From Eledone cirrhosa (lineage: Eukaryota), in NCBI GenBank assembly GCA_964016885.1, contig OZ024740.1, positions 315,022,001 through 315,086,000 of the forward strand: DNA of 64,000 nt. Reading direction: 5' to 3'. Of this stretch, positions 14,795 to 28,256 are shown piece after piece. The notes beneath the pieces are model-generated. The model did not search any database and had not been told where the DNA came from. It saw nothing but the letters and a program-made list of their open reading frames with translations. Numbering within the stretch: position 1 is the first letter of the stretch; each line of letters starts with the position of its first letter. The position numbers and the translations under genes were made by a program.

Positions 14795-15172
14795 GATTGG
14801 CAGTATCGGACGCCATGCTTTGACGTATAGAGTTACGGCCCTTGCCATTCTCAATTCAAATTTCGCCGAGGTTAACTTTGCCTTTCATCCTTACTGGGTC
14901 GATAAAATAAAGTACCAGTAATGCACTGGGTAATTGCTGGCCTTGTGCCAAACGTAGAAACAATTATTATATTGGCGGGGGATTGGCAGCATCAGTAAAA
15001 GGTCGGATGCCATGCTTTGCAGCATAGAGTTACGCCCATTTATGGTCTGAGTTCAAATCCTGCCGAGGTTAACTTTGCCTTTCATCCTTACGGGGTCGAT
15101 AAAATAAAGTACCAGTAATGTACTGGGATAATTGCTGGCCTTGTGTCTAAAGTAGAAACAATTATTATAATA
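14795..15172 (+). mobile_element. Tandem pair of SINE-B copies
   Basis: 14795-14970 and 14973-15172, each ending gtagaaacaattattat. Confidence 0.85.
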
Positions 15173-15204
15173 ATGGGGAGGGGGAGGATGATTAGGCTCT
15201 TGGC

Positions 15205-15530
15205 CTATGGCGTAGCGGTAAAGGGGCTGCGCCCCAAGGACAATGGTCAGCGACACCCGCTGCAACAGCCACCCCACCTCACGCAGTTCCTTCCTCAAAC
15301 AGGCCGCCAACGTTCCGATATTGTGGAGGAGCTCGACTGTACAGGGTCCAAGTACGCCCAAAGTCTTGACGGCAACCGGTGCGAAAAGGAAGCGTCCGGA
15401 CAATCCCCGGTATTTGTTTATCTTCCTTTCCTCTGCAAGGCGGGCCGCGTTACCAGGGTTTGTGGTCGAAGCGACTAAGCTGGGGGTGTAGAACGTGTCA
15501 TAACAGGTGGCGTACCAGATGAGGGATATG
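15205..15530 (-). pseudogene. CRE-clade non-LTR retrotransposon RLE endonuclease C-terminus
   Basis: WYATCYDT...GNAARLAEERKINKYRGL...FAPVAVKTLGVLGP...EVGWLLQRVSLTIVLG. Confidence 0.8.
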
Positions 15531-15817
15531 CTAATATGTAAGAAACTCTGATTCCCATTCACGGATACTCCCTCGTTTACTACAAATGCTCATCCATTAC
15601 GAATGTTTACCCACCATGAATGGAAAACGGACTGTTTTTATCTAAGGTGCTGGAAAAATCATAAAATAATATAAAATTTTAAGTGTTGAAGTGATTGGAA
15701 GCTGGCTAGGGTCAGGCGTGTGTGGAGGGAGCTAGCCATATCAACGAGGTGAAAAATGCGGACAAAACATAAGCTTCTGCCTTGACGACATCATTGATAT
15801 CAGCATACATACATGTA

Positions 15818-16150
15818 TGGACCCGTAACTCCTGAGGGAGTCGTAGGGTCACCATATTGACATACGGTGTTTCTAGGGGCATTTTAAAACCTAGCGGAGA
15901 TAATCCATCTCCAAGACTGAATACAGCAAATGTCTTCCAGAGATAGAAAGACTCAGTGAGAAAATGGAAGTGAGAAAGAGATATAGAGAGAGACTCGACC
16001 CCAGTACTAGATTGATACTTTTTTTATCGACCTTGAATGGATAAAAGGCAAAGTTGATCTCGAAGGATTTGAACTCAGAGAGCAAAAAGTCTGTACGAAT
16101 ATCACAAAGCATTCTATCCGACGTTCTAAACACTCTGCCAATTCGCCGCC
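15818..16150 (-). mobile_element. SINE-A copy
   Basis: Homologous to 4583; (ATGT)n tail on the element strand. Confidence 0.85.
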
Positions 16151-16284
16151 TATGTTATCAGCAGAGAAGTCGAATCGTTTAAGGAGTAGATGTTTGGAAC
16201 ACATTTCTTATTGCAGCGTTCCAGCTGATTTAATGGTGTATAGGTCTAAGTACTCACGATTAAAGTTGATTAAAATAACCTGGT

Positions 16285-16470
16285 TCATAATTTCGGTGGA
16301 GACTTCTGGTGTCCTTGGCTCTAGGACTACCTCCCACTCACCACCATCGGCACCGAGTTGGCTTCCCCACAGCTGTGAGCCTCACGAGCTGGAATGGCTC
16401 TTCCAGCGCATCTCCCTCACCATCCTCTGGGGAAACACCTTCTCAATTTTGTCCGCTGGGACCGCGGGGC
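16285..16470 (+). pseudogene. CRE-clade RLE C-terminal fragment
   Basis: ISVETSGVLGSRT...EPHELEWLFQRISLTILWGNTFSIL. Confidence 0.7.
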
Positions 16471-16577
16471 GGCCAGCATGTGGGCTCCTGTTTGTTTATA
16501 ATAGTGAAAGATGGAGAGAGCGAGAGAGACAGAGGCAGTGATTTAAAAAATACGTGGGAGATATATAGGAAACAAAA

Positions 16578-16698
<121 letters not shown>

Positions 16699-16959
16699 AT
16701 AAATATGAGGAGGATGTATTTGATTGTGTCCTTCAGCTTACTTTATTCGTAATTTAAAAAGCAGCTGTAGACTAATTTCATAATAATATAAAGACATAAT
16801 AGATTAAAGTTGTTTTCTAATGTTATACTACCTGTGGTTCTTAATATGCGACATCAGATTAAGTGCTCTGGACAGTGTGACAGCGAGTGTCTGGATTTGT
16901 TTATCGATTGGTGATGTCTATCATCTTCATTTGTGTCAGTATTTCTGTCAAATATAGAG

Positions 16960-17720
16960 TTGTTTCTATTTATTGCCACGAGGGCACACGCAAAAGAAGG
17001 GGACAAATACAAAGGGGGGAGTTTACACAAAAGAACGAGTAAAAAAAAACAAATAACAAATGTAAAATTAACAATAAAGTCCTCAATAGGGAGGAGGCGT
17101 TTTGAGGGGTCGCACACCCCCCGAAAAAGTGTGCAACCCTTCTCCTCAGGAGCACAGAGAGAGGGTGCTCCCTTGTTCTTCCATCTTTTTCACCTACAGG
17201 CTGATATAGAGAAAAGGCCCACTCACACGGGCCATTTTCGCCACTTTCACCGACCTTTCATAAAACTGTCTGGGGTGGAGCACCTCTCTCTCCATCCTGG
17301 TCCTTCTTCCGAAATGATATCGGAAGTAAAGGACCAGTGGCCAGAGAGAAAGGTGTCTGACCTCAGTCTTTTCAAACGCGTCCACCATACAACCTCTTTC
17401 ACCATGGCTATTACGCACAGAAACACCTCCTCTCCTTCATTTTTGAAGGGGGGAGGCGGCTTGATCGTTATAATGGACTCGGTGGTCAACCGGATAGGTC
17501 CCACCCGTGACACCAGCCGTTCGACATAGCCCCACAGATCGGCGACGCCCGGGCAGTGTACCAATGCATGCGCGACGGTTTCCTCGTCGCGCACTCATCT
17601 GGGACAGATCTTTTTCGAGGGGTCCCTACCTGGGCGCCCGTGTCTGTAGAGCTTTTCTCGAACGGGCAGAACCCTCGGTAGCACTGCCAGGCCAGGGACC
17701 TCTGGAAGTTGTCCAGCAGA
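16960..17720 (-). pseudogene. Tx1/L1-clade LINE 3' end (zinc knuckle plus 3' UTR)
   Basis: ICPR*VRDEETVAHALVHCPGVADLW...IAMVKEVVWWTR is a CCHC-type zf-RVT motif; the pyrimidine-rich 3' UTR ends near AATAAA. Confidence 0.75.
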
Positions 17721-17756
17721 TCTATCTATTGATGTTATATTCATATGACGCTGTAT

Positions 17757-17950
17757 CAGACCTGCCAACCTCTAAAAACCCAAACGGGGAGTACCATGAA
17801 AAAAGTGCCCCAAAACGGGGAGAAATGAGACAAAATAGGGAGATTTTACAAAATGAAAGCTATACTCATTTTCACAAGAGAAGACATCTCTCACCCACCC
17901 CAATGTGGGTGGGAGATCCTCCCATCGGACGGGGAGAGTTGATAGATTTG
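17757..17950. mobile_element. hAT-like MITE with 6-bp TSD
   Basis: Ends CAGACCTGCCAAC / GTTGATAGATTTG; CTGTAT duplicated at 17751-17756 and 17951-17956; relatives at 45485 and 46844. Confidence 0.75.
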
Positions 17951-18956
17951 CTGTATGACGCTGTATTCTAGAGAGATAACCCAGGTATTACTGTATATAG
18001 AAATGCAGATACAGTGAAACTGAAGACATATCTTTCTACTTTACATTGATTTATTCTAGTCAACAAACTAATATTAGGTTGATTTGTAAGAAATAGCAGT
18101 CAAATCTTTCACAAATACTCACTGCCTTAAACAAGAAATGATGTATTAGATAATGTATTTCCTAGATCTTTCTAAAAACAGGATGTTCACGGTTAAAATA
18201 TCTCAAATTAGATCGTCTCTTGAAAAGGAAGAGATACTGGAAAGTTTTGTTCTAGATAATCGAGGTCAGAGAAAAAAAGATGGAATAGTTATAGCTGGAA
18301 TGCCTTTGATTATTAGTCTGCTCAGACAGGACTAATGTGGAATTAAACAACAACAACGACGACAACAACAACAATAACGACAACAACAACAATGACAACA
18401 ACAACGACGACAACAACAACAGTAGTAGCAGCAACAGCAACAATGACGACGACTACAACAACCACAATCACCACCACCACCAACAACAACAACAACGACT
18501 AAAGCCTCAATAAAATGGTTTTCAATAGTTTTAGACTACACCCTTCCTAAAGCTCCAATAAGCACCAGATACCCGATATCTTATGTCTACTGGCCTTTTG
18601 GTAAGATCTAAACAGGAATCTTTCTGCTCTAATTATTAGATTTATAATTTCAGCCCTTAATTTTTATATTATACTATAACAGAAAACAATTTTAATGTAA
18701 GTATTTTTAAGTGTAGTCTCAACGAGATTTTAAAGTAAACGTATCCCAATCCCTTCTCTTGCCACCCTGTAAATTGTCCCTCAAGTATTTTGTGTTGCGA
18801 CCCTCCTTCTCTACCTGTTTGAGAACCACGTCTTTAATATTTCATTTTTAGACAGATATAATGTCTCGAATACATACCTTTGGTAGTCAACCGTGATATC
18901 CAATACCATGAAACACTTTAATGTATGTATGCATAGGATACATACATATGCATAAA

Positions 18957-19280
18957 GGCGCGTAGTTTTTGTGGTTAGGGTATTCGGCTCACAATCGTAA
19001 GGTCGTGAGTTCGATTCCCGGCGGCGCGTTGTGTCCTTGAGCAAGACACTTTATTTCACGTTGTTCCATGCCACTCAGCTGGCAAAAATGAGTTGTACCT
19101 GCAATTCAAAGTGCCAGCCTTGTCACATTCAGCGTCATGCTGAATCTCCCTAAGTACTACATTAAGCGTACGCGTGTCTGTGGAATGCTCAGCTACTTTC
19201 ACGTTAATTTCACAAGCAGGCTGTTCCATTGATCAGATCAACTGGAATACTCATCGTCGTAACTGACGGAGTGCCAGTTA
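18957..19280 (+). mobile_element. Full-length CORE-like tRNA SINE
   Basis: A/B boxes (gtggttagg, gagttcgattccc), then ttgtgtccttgagcaagacactttatttcacgttg and a unique tail. Confidence 0.85.
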
Positions 19281-19414
19281 TTATACATACTTATGCATAT
19301 ATACTTGAAATGTGTCTGTCACAACTCAAATGACCATAATAATAGTCGATCACTATAAGTAATAGTTAAGAAAATCGGGTAGTGTACCGCTGGTGACGGA
19401 AAAAAATGGACAAA

Positions 19415-19487
19415 GGCTCCTGCGAGGAATCGAACCCCACACCTCACGGATGTCTAGCGACTGTGCTAACCACAACGTAAACGAGCT
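19415..19487 (-). pseudogene. tRNA-like pseudogene inside a 279-bp direct-repeat unit
   Basis: About 73 nt with GTGGTTAGC D-loop, GGTTCGATTCC T-arm, partial acceptor stem and a T7 run downstream; the anticodon stem is broken. Confidence 0.6.
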
Positions 19488-20165
19488 ACTGGCCACTAGT
19501 CCCATCTTTTAAAAAGATTTTAAGCTTGTAGCTAAAAGTGTAAACAACTGGTTGACTTAAGAAGCATTGAGAAAATTTCAAATTTGACATGTGTGCCTCC
19601 CAACGTACATGACCATAATAATAGCCGATCACTATAAATAGTAGTTCGAAAATCTTTCATTTGGACGCTTGAAAGAATCAATATGCCGGTAAAAGTGTGT
19701 CGTGAATTTCTGCCCAGTTAATCCATCGTAAAATTTAAATACAGAGCTGTTGTCTAGTTCTAACTTAGCACATTAAACAAATCCTTTCGAAAGAAAATTA
19801 CCCCTGGAGGCCAATTGTTCGGAGTAATACAATTTCAGGCTGGAGTAGAGAGAAAATTATTGATGCTGGAGAGTATTTTTGAATCGAAGTAATTAACTAA
19901 ACAAGCACAATTTTTGTAGCAAGAATAGTTGACTCTTGTATGATTTAGCAGCAGATCAGAGCTGTTCGATGATATTCATGAAGTGTGTTCTAGCCATGGA
20001 CATCAGTCTTTTGTTTAATAGGAACTACACTGTTCAATCTATTCTTTGTTTAAAAAGACGGAATACATTGAGGCTGGGTTCAACCAACGAACTGTATTCT
20101 TCCCTTCGAAATTTATGATCTTGAGCAAATATAAGACATCATCAAAGTTCTCATTCTGGCTTCTC

Positions 20166-20380
20166 ACTACTACCACAACAACTACCACAATTACTACCAC
20201 CATCACCATAACCACTAGCACCACCACGAACACTACCACTACAACTACCACTACCACTAACACCACCACTCTCACAACCACCACAACCACCACCACTACA
20301 ACTACCACAACCACCACACCACCACCACCACACAACCACCACACCACCACCACCACACAACCACCACCACAACCACGACG
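20166..20380. repeat. (ACC/ACT)n low-complexity tract
   Basis: Seen directly. Confidence 0.9.
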
Positions 20381-20699
20381 GTGAAAATTGTTCAATAAAG
20401 TGAACCACTAACATGTTAATTTATTTACATTCCACTTTGCGATTTTCGCTCCTTTTTTTTCTATATAAAAAAATTTACCTCAAATTTCTTCCTGCATACT
20501 GAGCACCTAATGAGGTGGTGTTTATTACACTGTGCTTCTATTTTTTATTAACTGTATCACAATTATTTTGGTAATACATGCATAAAAAAAAACTTCCTAC
20601 ATAACGGAGTATTCAAAATAACGTCGTCTGAAATACCTAAAGTTGCAGTTATTTGGGAAGATTACTGTATTAGCTAGAGTTAGTTTTCTTAGTTATGCA

Positions 20700-21020
20700 T
20701 GCATAACTCTTGAAAGAGTCATGGGGGCGCCATATTGACATACTGAGTTTTTGAGGCATTTTAAAACTTGGCGGAGTCCTCCATCTCCCGGTCTGAATAC
20801 AGCAGATTTCTTCAAGAGAAGGATAGAGTTTGAGAGAAAGGAAGTGAGAAAGAGATATAGAAGAAGAATCGACCCAAGTACTAGACTCGTACTTTTTTTT
20901 ATTGAACTTGAATGGATGAAAGGCAAAGTTGACTTTGGCAGGATTTGAACTCAGAGAGCCGAAATTAATACTATATAGCATCCTATCGGACATTCTAACA
21001 ACTCTGCCAATTCCCCGCCT
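20700..21020 (-). mobile_element. SINE-A copy
   Basis: Homologous to 4583 and 15818; ttttcttagttat flanks both sides (TSD-like). Confidence 0.85.
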
Positions 21021-21435
21021 TTTCTTAGTTATAGACACTGCAAAAATGTCGGACGTGAGATACGAACTATCAACTATTTTTTTTTCCTAACGAGCAGGAG
21101 CATTAGAGCATCAGACAAAATTCTTTGCGAAATCTATTCTGGCACCTTGCCTTCTAAGTTCAAATTTCGCTCAGGTGAACTTTGATCTTCATACTTTTGG
21201 CATCCATAAATACAGTTCCAGTCTAGAGAGTCGGACGGGATGCTTTGCAGTATTTTTCGTAGCTCTTTACTTTCTGAGTTCAAATCCTGTTGTGTCTAAC
21301 TTGGATGGTAGATTAATCTATTTCCAGGTTTAACATTACAATCTGGCCCTTGGGTTCCTTTAGTGGATTCCAATCTTTTGCAAACATTTAGGCCAGATCT
21401 CCGGTTTAAGGATACCTTACTGCTTTCCAGTGAAT

Positions 21436-21755
21436 GTTCGTGGCTTAGTGCGTTGAGCTCACAATCGTAAGGTTATGAGTTCGAATCTTGGACCGGGCAG
21501 TGTGTTTTGTTCTTGAACCAAACACTTTAATTTACGTTGCACCAGTTCACTCAGCAGTAGAAATGAGTTGCTATGTCACTTGTGCCATGGTGTATCGGCC
21601 ATTGCCTTTCCCTTGGACAACATCGGTGGCGTGGAGAGGGGGAGACAGGCATGCATTGGCGACTGCTGGTCTTCCACAAATAAATCTTGCCTGGGCCTTG
21701 CCTCGGAAGGGAACTTTCTAGGTGCAAAACCATGGTCAATTGTGACCGAATAGAG
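21436..21755 (+). mobile_element. CORE-like tRNA SINE with a different tail
   Basis: gtggcttagtg...gagttcgaatc...aacactttaatttacgttgcaccagttcactcagc. Confidence 0.7.
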
Positions 21756-22249
21756 CCTACTTCGATACGATACTCCTTCTCTCCCTTCCACACATCTCGA
21801 ACGTTCCTAAAAATAACGAATCATTTGCGCTCTACGCCTTCCTGATTAAGCGATAAAACAAATTCGAATAGTCTAGCAACTTGTATATCTAAATCTCTCT
21901 TATAATAGTGTATATATTTAGACAGTCCAAGAGTGTGATTGAGCATGTCTTGACTGGTTAATTTTTCAGGAAAGATTAGCTGCAGCAAAACCAAAACTAC
22001 AAGTGGATCTGTTACAGAGCCGGATAGAGAAAAGTTGATAGACAACATAATAAGGGATTTTCACAAACATGTCAGAAATAATTATTCGTTGTTTGAACCT
22101 TAATGACCGGGTTTCCGCCAACTTTTGACAACGTCATTATACTCCAAGTAACAGCGTTTCGAAATCAGTAGCTTTTGTTTTGTTTGCAAAATGTCTCATA
22201 ACGAAATCAACTTTAAAAATCTATAAAGGATAATATATATATATATATA

Positions 22250-22440
22250 CTAATAATGATTTCTACTATAGGCACAAGGCTAGCAATTTGGGGAGGGGGG
22301 AAAGTTGATTAAATAGACCCCAGTGCATTATTGGTGCTTTATCTTATCGACTCCGTAAGGAAGAAAGGCAAAGCTAACCTCGGCGGGATTTGTACTCAGA
22401 ACGCAAAGCATAATTCCTGACGCTCTACTGGTACTGCCAA
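22250..22440 (-). mobile_element. Nin/Deu SINE
   Basis: ggcacaaggctagcaattt...aaggaagaaaggcaaagctaacctcggcgggatttg. Confidence 0.8.
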
Positions 22441-22507
22441 TAATGCTTTTCCGAAAGATATCCCGAAATAAGACCACCGATTGTTTTCACCCGTAAACAA
22501 AACACTA

Positions 22508-22740
22508 CAGTTCCGTGTAGTAGATATAGAGAGGGGTAGAGTTTGGTGATAATTGATATAGAGAGGGGGGTTGGAAAAGAGTTCCGTATGGTAGATATAG
22601 AGAGGGGGAGATTTGGTGCTAATTGATATAGGGAAGTGTGTTGGAAGAGAGTTCCTTGTGGTGGATATAGAGAGGGGTAGAATTTGCAGTTAATTGTTAT
22701 AGAGAGGGGTATTGGAAGAGAGTCCCGTGTAGTAGATATA
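22508..22740. repeat. ~70-bp purine-rich minisatellite (~3.3 copies)
   Basis: Repeated agttccgtgtagtagatatagagaggggtagagtttggtgataattgatatagag. Confidence 0.75.
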
Positions 22741-23307
22741 CTCACAAAGCATGGGTCGACTCGAAGCTATGGTAAATGGCATATGCTCAAGCCGTCACGC
22801 TAGGGGATCGAACCTGGGATCTAAGGATTGTAAAGCAAAGTTCTTAACTTCTTGATCAGTCTGCCAGGCAGAGAGAGAGAGAGAGAGAGAGAGGGAGATG
22901 GGGGAGGCAGGGAGAAATGGAGATAGGGAGAGAGTAAACACACTTGAACGCGTGTACAAACACTCACACAATCTCACACATGTGTATGCTTTGGTGTGTG
23001 AGTGTTTGTGTGTATATATGTGTGTATGCGTGTTGTGTGTTTGTGTTTGTGTATGTATCTGTTTCTGTGTCTATGTGTTTGTCTGTATGTGTTTTTTTTG
23101 TGTGTGCATATGTGTGTGTGTGTGTCTGTTTGTGTGTGTTTGTATATATGTGTGTGTGTAAGTTCCTCCGAGTGTATATTTTATCTATGTGTGCTGTATG
23201 AGTGCACTATTAGTTCCTTAACTAAACGTGGTTTGTACTCATCTTCCACAAGTAACCAGTCTGGTGTTTTACCACTTATGTTTGCATACAAGCGTGTATA
23301 TATATAG

Positions 23308-23525
23308 ATGTGTGTGTGTCTGTGGTCGTATGTGTGTGTCTGTGTGTCTGTGTGTGTGTGTGTCAATGTGTTACTATGTATGCATGTATCTGTATGTGTG
23401 TATGTTTGTATGTATGTATGTTTATGTATGAATGTGTGTGTATGTATATATATATATATGTGTGTGTGTGTGTATGTGTGTGTGTTTATGTATGTATGTA
23501 TATATGTACGTATGTATGTATGTGT

Positions 23526-23558
<33 letters not shown>

Positions 23559-23575
23559 CGTATGTATGTATGTGT

Positions 23576-23612
<37 letters not shown>

Positions 23613-23641
23613 TGTATGTATGTATGTATGTATGTATGTGT

Positions 23642-23678
<37 letters not shown>

Positions 23679-23729
23679 TGTATGTATGTATGTTTGTGTT
23701 TGTATATATGTATATATGTATGTATGTGT

Positions 23730-23766
<37 letters not shown>

Positions 23767-23806
23767 TGTATGTATGTATGTATGTATGTATGTATGTTTG
23801 TGTTTG

Positions 23807-23840
<34 letters not shown>

Positions 23841-23916
23841 TGTATGTATGTTTGTGTTTGTATATATGTATATATGTATGTATGTATGTATATATGTACG
23901 TATGTATGTATGTGTT

Positions 23917-23948
<32 letters not shown>

Positions 23949-23998
23949 TGTATGTATGTATGTATGTATGTTTGTGTATATATGTATGTATGTATGTA
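23308..23998. repeat. (TATG)n compound microsatellite
   Basis: Source of the MYVC ORFs. Confidence 0.95.
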
Positions 23999-24405
23999 CC
24001 TCTATTCTATCGGTGAACTTACAGGGTAAACATTCTCACCGGATATCAACCGTAAATTCATGCCCTTCACATGAAATAGTACAAAGGATCTTATCGGTCA
24101 GGTGTCACTTACCACACCTTGCTATGTGCTGTGGTATTAGATGGTAACCTACCCTACTGGATAGACATATGATTAAACGGATGAGTAAAGTTCAGTGACT
24201 GAATAAACATGGAAAGTGTACTGTTGGCCGTGGTCCCTTGATAAATCCATCTCCCTATCAGCTGCTCAATCAGTATATGCTAAATTAATACATACAAGAT
24301 GAATTGATTTGGCCTGCAAGACTTTCACACGAAAGATGTCGGCACTTTCAGAAATTGGCGCAAATGTTTGCCGCGTCACGTTTAAACATTTGAAATGATG
24401 GGCTT

Positions 24406-24585
24406 AATAATTGTTTCTATTTTTGGCACAAGGCTAGCAAATACCCAGTACATTACTGGTTCTTTATTTTATCGACCCCGTAAGGATGAAAGGCAAAGTT
24501 AACCTCAACGGGATTTAATAATGATTTCTAATTTAGGCACAAGGGTAACAAATTTGGTGGAAGGACAAAGTTTATTAAATCAGTA
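24406..24585 (-). mobile_element. Truncated SINE-B plus a second SINE tail
   Basis: taataattgtttctatttttggcacaagg...aacctcaacgggattt, then taatgatttctaatttaggcacaagg. Confidence 0.75.
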
Positions 24586-24599
24586 CTGCTGATTTCCTC

Positions 24600-24730
24600 T
24601 GTAAAGTCGGAAAGACGATGACCCGCTTGAGGAGAAAGAGCCCGACGAGGTTGGGTGGCTATTGCAGCAGGTGTTCCTGGCCATTCTCCGCGGCAACGCG
24701 TTTTGCCGTTTTGCCCACCGGGCGCGACTG
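24600..24730 (+). pseudogene. CRE-clade 3' fragment
   Basis: EPDEVGWLLQQVFLAILRGNAF, homologous to the 15205 fragment. Confidence 0.7.
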
Positions 24731-25368
24731 TGACACCGTTCACACTGGGGTGTAGTGACTATCCTCCCCACTCACCCTTTCTTTCATTGCTTGATCCTTC
24801 TTTCCTTTTCCTTTTTTTTTGTTCCTTTTCTTTTACTCCTTTTCCTTTTCATTTGTTTTCTCCCTTTTCTGTTTCCTTTAACAGTGTGTTTGTCTTAGAT
24901 ACTCTCAACATCTACTGCACTTTACCTCCAATACACGCCTGGTACTTCATTTTATCCATCACGGAAGGATGAAAAACAAAATTGACCTGAGCAAGATTTG
25001 AACTCAGAGTGTTACGAACCAGAACATATTCCACAATAGTATTTTATCCGCCGCTTTATCAATTCTCCCAATACACAATTCCTTATGATGGAGGTAATGT
25101 TAATTATCAGAATTATTAATTAGTATAACTAAATATAGAACTGACACTTTAGATATCTCAAATATGTTTGCTCTCCTTTATTTCGGTAAAGGTCAAAATC
25201 ATTTCCGACGTTATTTTTTTTTTATTTTTGTTATTATTATTTTAAAGACAGTGTATCTTTTTTTGTTTGTTTTGTTTTGTTTTGCTTATTATACAATATG
25301 TCACCTACATAAAGGGTGGTTCTTGATAGATTTAGCCACTTCCGATAAACACCCACATTCTAATAGAC

Positions 25369-25460
<92 letters not shown>

Positions 25461-25819
25461 ACCCACATTCTAACATCTTCATCTTCGTTTCTGGTTTAAC
25501 TAAACTGTCATAAAAATAACTCATCTTCTCGTCAAAATACTAATTGCCAGAACTTCCTTTTTCTTCGCCCACAAAAGGATGTTCTTCACAGGCTCTGGAT
25601 TTGCACACTCCTTTATAGAGGAGTCAACACACACGCGCACACAGGCACATACGCACATACGTACACACACGCGCGCGCACACAGGCACATACGCACATAC
25701 ATACACACAGGCACATACGCACATACGTACACACACACTCACGACACAGTCTTTTTCTCTCTAACGCCACCCACCCACGCTCACATTAACCTACATACAT
25801 ATACACACATGTGCATACA

Positions 25820-26110
25820 TGGTCCCGTAACTCCTGGTGGAGTCGTAAGGAAGCCTTATTGATATACGGTGTTTCTAGGTCAATTTAAAACCTGGCGGAG
25901 CCCAATTCTAACCCGGTCTGAATACAGCAGATTTCTTCCAAAGGATAGAGAGTGAGAGAATGGAAATGAGAGAGAGATGTAGTGGAAGAATCGACCCTTT
26001 TACTAAACTAATACTTTTTTATCGACCTCGAATGGATGAAAGGCAAAGATGACCTTTGCAGGATTTGAACTCAGAGAGGAGAAAGCTGAAACAAATACCG
26101 CAAAGCTTGT
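25820..26110 (-). mobile_element. SINE-A copy
   Basis: ggtcccgtaactcctggtggagtcgtaagg...gatttgaactcagag. Confidence 0.85.
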
Positions 26111-26947
26111 TATCAAAATTAGTGAGCTTTAAACACACTCAAGATCAGTTAGTTGAATAGTTCGAGATATTTCTGGCCAAAATATAGTATTCGTGTTAAT
26201 TTATGGTCTGAAGAAAAGACTGAACTTTCACACAACCTCCATTAACAGAGAGCAATGCGAGTTAATTTGAAACCAATAGCTGTTTAGGCATGTATCATTT
26301 CTACTGAACCTTTACTTTAATTTCACTAGAATTTCTAACGTATCTATTACACTTTTCAGCAGCTGGCCAAGCATTAGCTACAGCACACGACACTCGTTCA
26401 ATTATTGGCTCCATCCTATGACTTGACCTAGCTAATAGGAACGAACGTTGTACAACATCCAGTGATAATTAGCCGGATTCAGATCCGTGACTGTCGCACC
26501 ATTTCAAATCACCGCATCTGAACGATCAGACGTGCTTTTTGCCCAACTATAAGCAATGCAGATATAATCCTCCACAAACTGTTAATACAAATACCTAAAC
26601 TCTACATGTGCTCAATCATGTATATATGTATGTATGCATGTATGCTCAATGTATGTATGTATGTATGTATGTATGTATGTATGTATGTATGTATGTATGT
26701 ATGTATGTATGTATGTATGTATGTATGTATGTATAGTATATTTGGCAATATACTCTATGTTTAATTTAAAACATTTTGAAGACCATTTGCTATGAGTTTT
26801 AAAGTAAGTGACTATGTCACTTACTTATTCTCGGCAAAAACAAAGAAGAGTGATCGACAGTCTGTTTCTCGCTTGTTAGCGTTTATCAAGACCACTATAT
26901 ATATACACATATATAACACACACACACACACACACACATACACACAC

Positions 26948-27041
<94 letters not shown>

Positions 27042-27057
27042 GTATATATAGTAGTCG

Positions 27058-27207
27058 ATATGGAGTTTGAATTGCGTTCACAGGCGGTATAGCAAGATGA
27101 GCGCTAGATGCTCTTGGGGAGTAGAGTATCAATAATAAATGAAAACAAAGAATCCGTATTGCATCATATATATGATGCAATACTGATTCTTTGTTCCCAT
27201 TTATTAT
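27058..27207 (-). mobile_element. Penelope-like terminal fragment ending in a TA-centred palindrome
   Basis: Palindrome 27132-27207 (38-bp arms, 3 mismatches); 27058-27170 is homologous to 60100-60215 and 28014-28085. Confidence 0.6.
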
Positions 27208-27244
<37 letters not shown>

Positions 27245-27320
27245 CCCCACTCTCAAGCGTGAAACTAATACAATATCATTTCTACTGCCTATCTGTTTTT
27301 TGTTCTCTGTTCATTTATTA

Positions 27321-27370
<50 letters not shown>

Positions 27371-27377
27371 AGAGTGT

Positions 27378-27483
27378 TAGTTCGACAACAAATTAGCAAG
27401 CCCTAGTTGAGAACACGAGTTGTAGAATCCTTCAGGTGGGACACGTGTTCTCAACTATGGTTTGCTAATTTGTTGTGGAACTA
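27378..27483. repeat. Hairpin, ~40-bp arms (MITE-like)
   Basis: tagttcgacaacaaattagcaagccctagttgagaacacg versus cgtgttctcaactatggtttgctaatttgttgtggaacta. Confidence 0.75.
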
Positions 27484-27504
27484 GTTCTATATGTATGTGT
27501 GTGT

Positions 27505-27542
<38 letters not shown>

Positions 27543-27763
27543 TTATTCATTTTTATACTGGTTTCAGTCATTAGACAGCGGTCAGGGATTTATGCAAGTA
27601 ATTTAGTCGTTCATATCGACTCCACTATTTATCTTTTGAAGTTTTTTCCTTAATTTATGAGTCTCTATATAACTGTTCGTGTCTCTTTTTATATACACGA
27701 ACACATAGAAACCTGCTCCACATACACACACACACCCACCCACACCCACACACATATATATAT

Positions 27764-28085
27764 ATATAATATAAAACGAAAAATCAGTGATGCATCTGAA
27801 CTCAATTTATTGTGTGTTACAATTGTTTCGCTGGCGGACAGCTCGAGACGCGATCATTGTGTGGATCTGCCTGATTCTGGACCCGCAGTTCGAACCTGCA
27901 GATCCAGACAGATCCACACAATGATCGCGTCTCGAGCTGTCCGCCGGCGAAACAATTGTAACACACAATAAATTGAGTTCAGATGCATCACTGATTTTTC
28001 GTTTTATATTATATCATACTCTGCTCTGTAAGAGCATAGAGTGCTCAACCGGCACACCGCCTATGGAAACATCTTAGCTACCATC
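27764..28085 (+). mobile_element. Fold-back element with ~116-bp arms plus 3' extension, carrying the 3' half of an HHR
   Basis: 27764-27879 is inverted to 27899-28014; GAAAC-AATT-GTA-acac followed by AATAAA; flanked by (TA)n and (CA)n. Confidence 0.75.
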
Positions 28086-28256
28086 ACACACACACACACA
28101 CACACACATACACATATATATATATATATAACACGCACGCACGCACAAGTGAACTTCGACATGACCGCTTGACCAGGTAGATATAACAGCCAAATAGCCC
28201 TCAAATCCCTTTCAACTGCCTAAAAAAAAAACCCAGAAGTATACATTTTATTTTTG

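Noticed and set aside
19415-19487. Functional tRNA gene
   Set aside because: The anticodon stem is unpaired and the acceptor stem has mismatches; reported as a pseudogene.
19950-20015. SRSELFDDIHEVCSSHGH, weakly resembling an integrase zinc-binding region
   Set aside because: Too short, flanked by stops, and no integrase core nearby.
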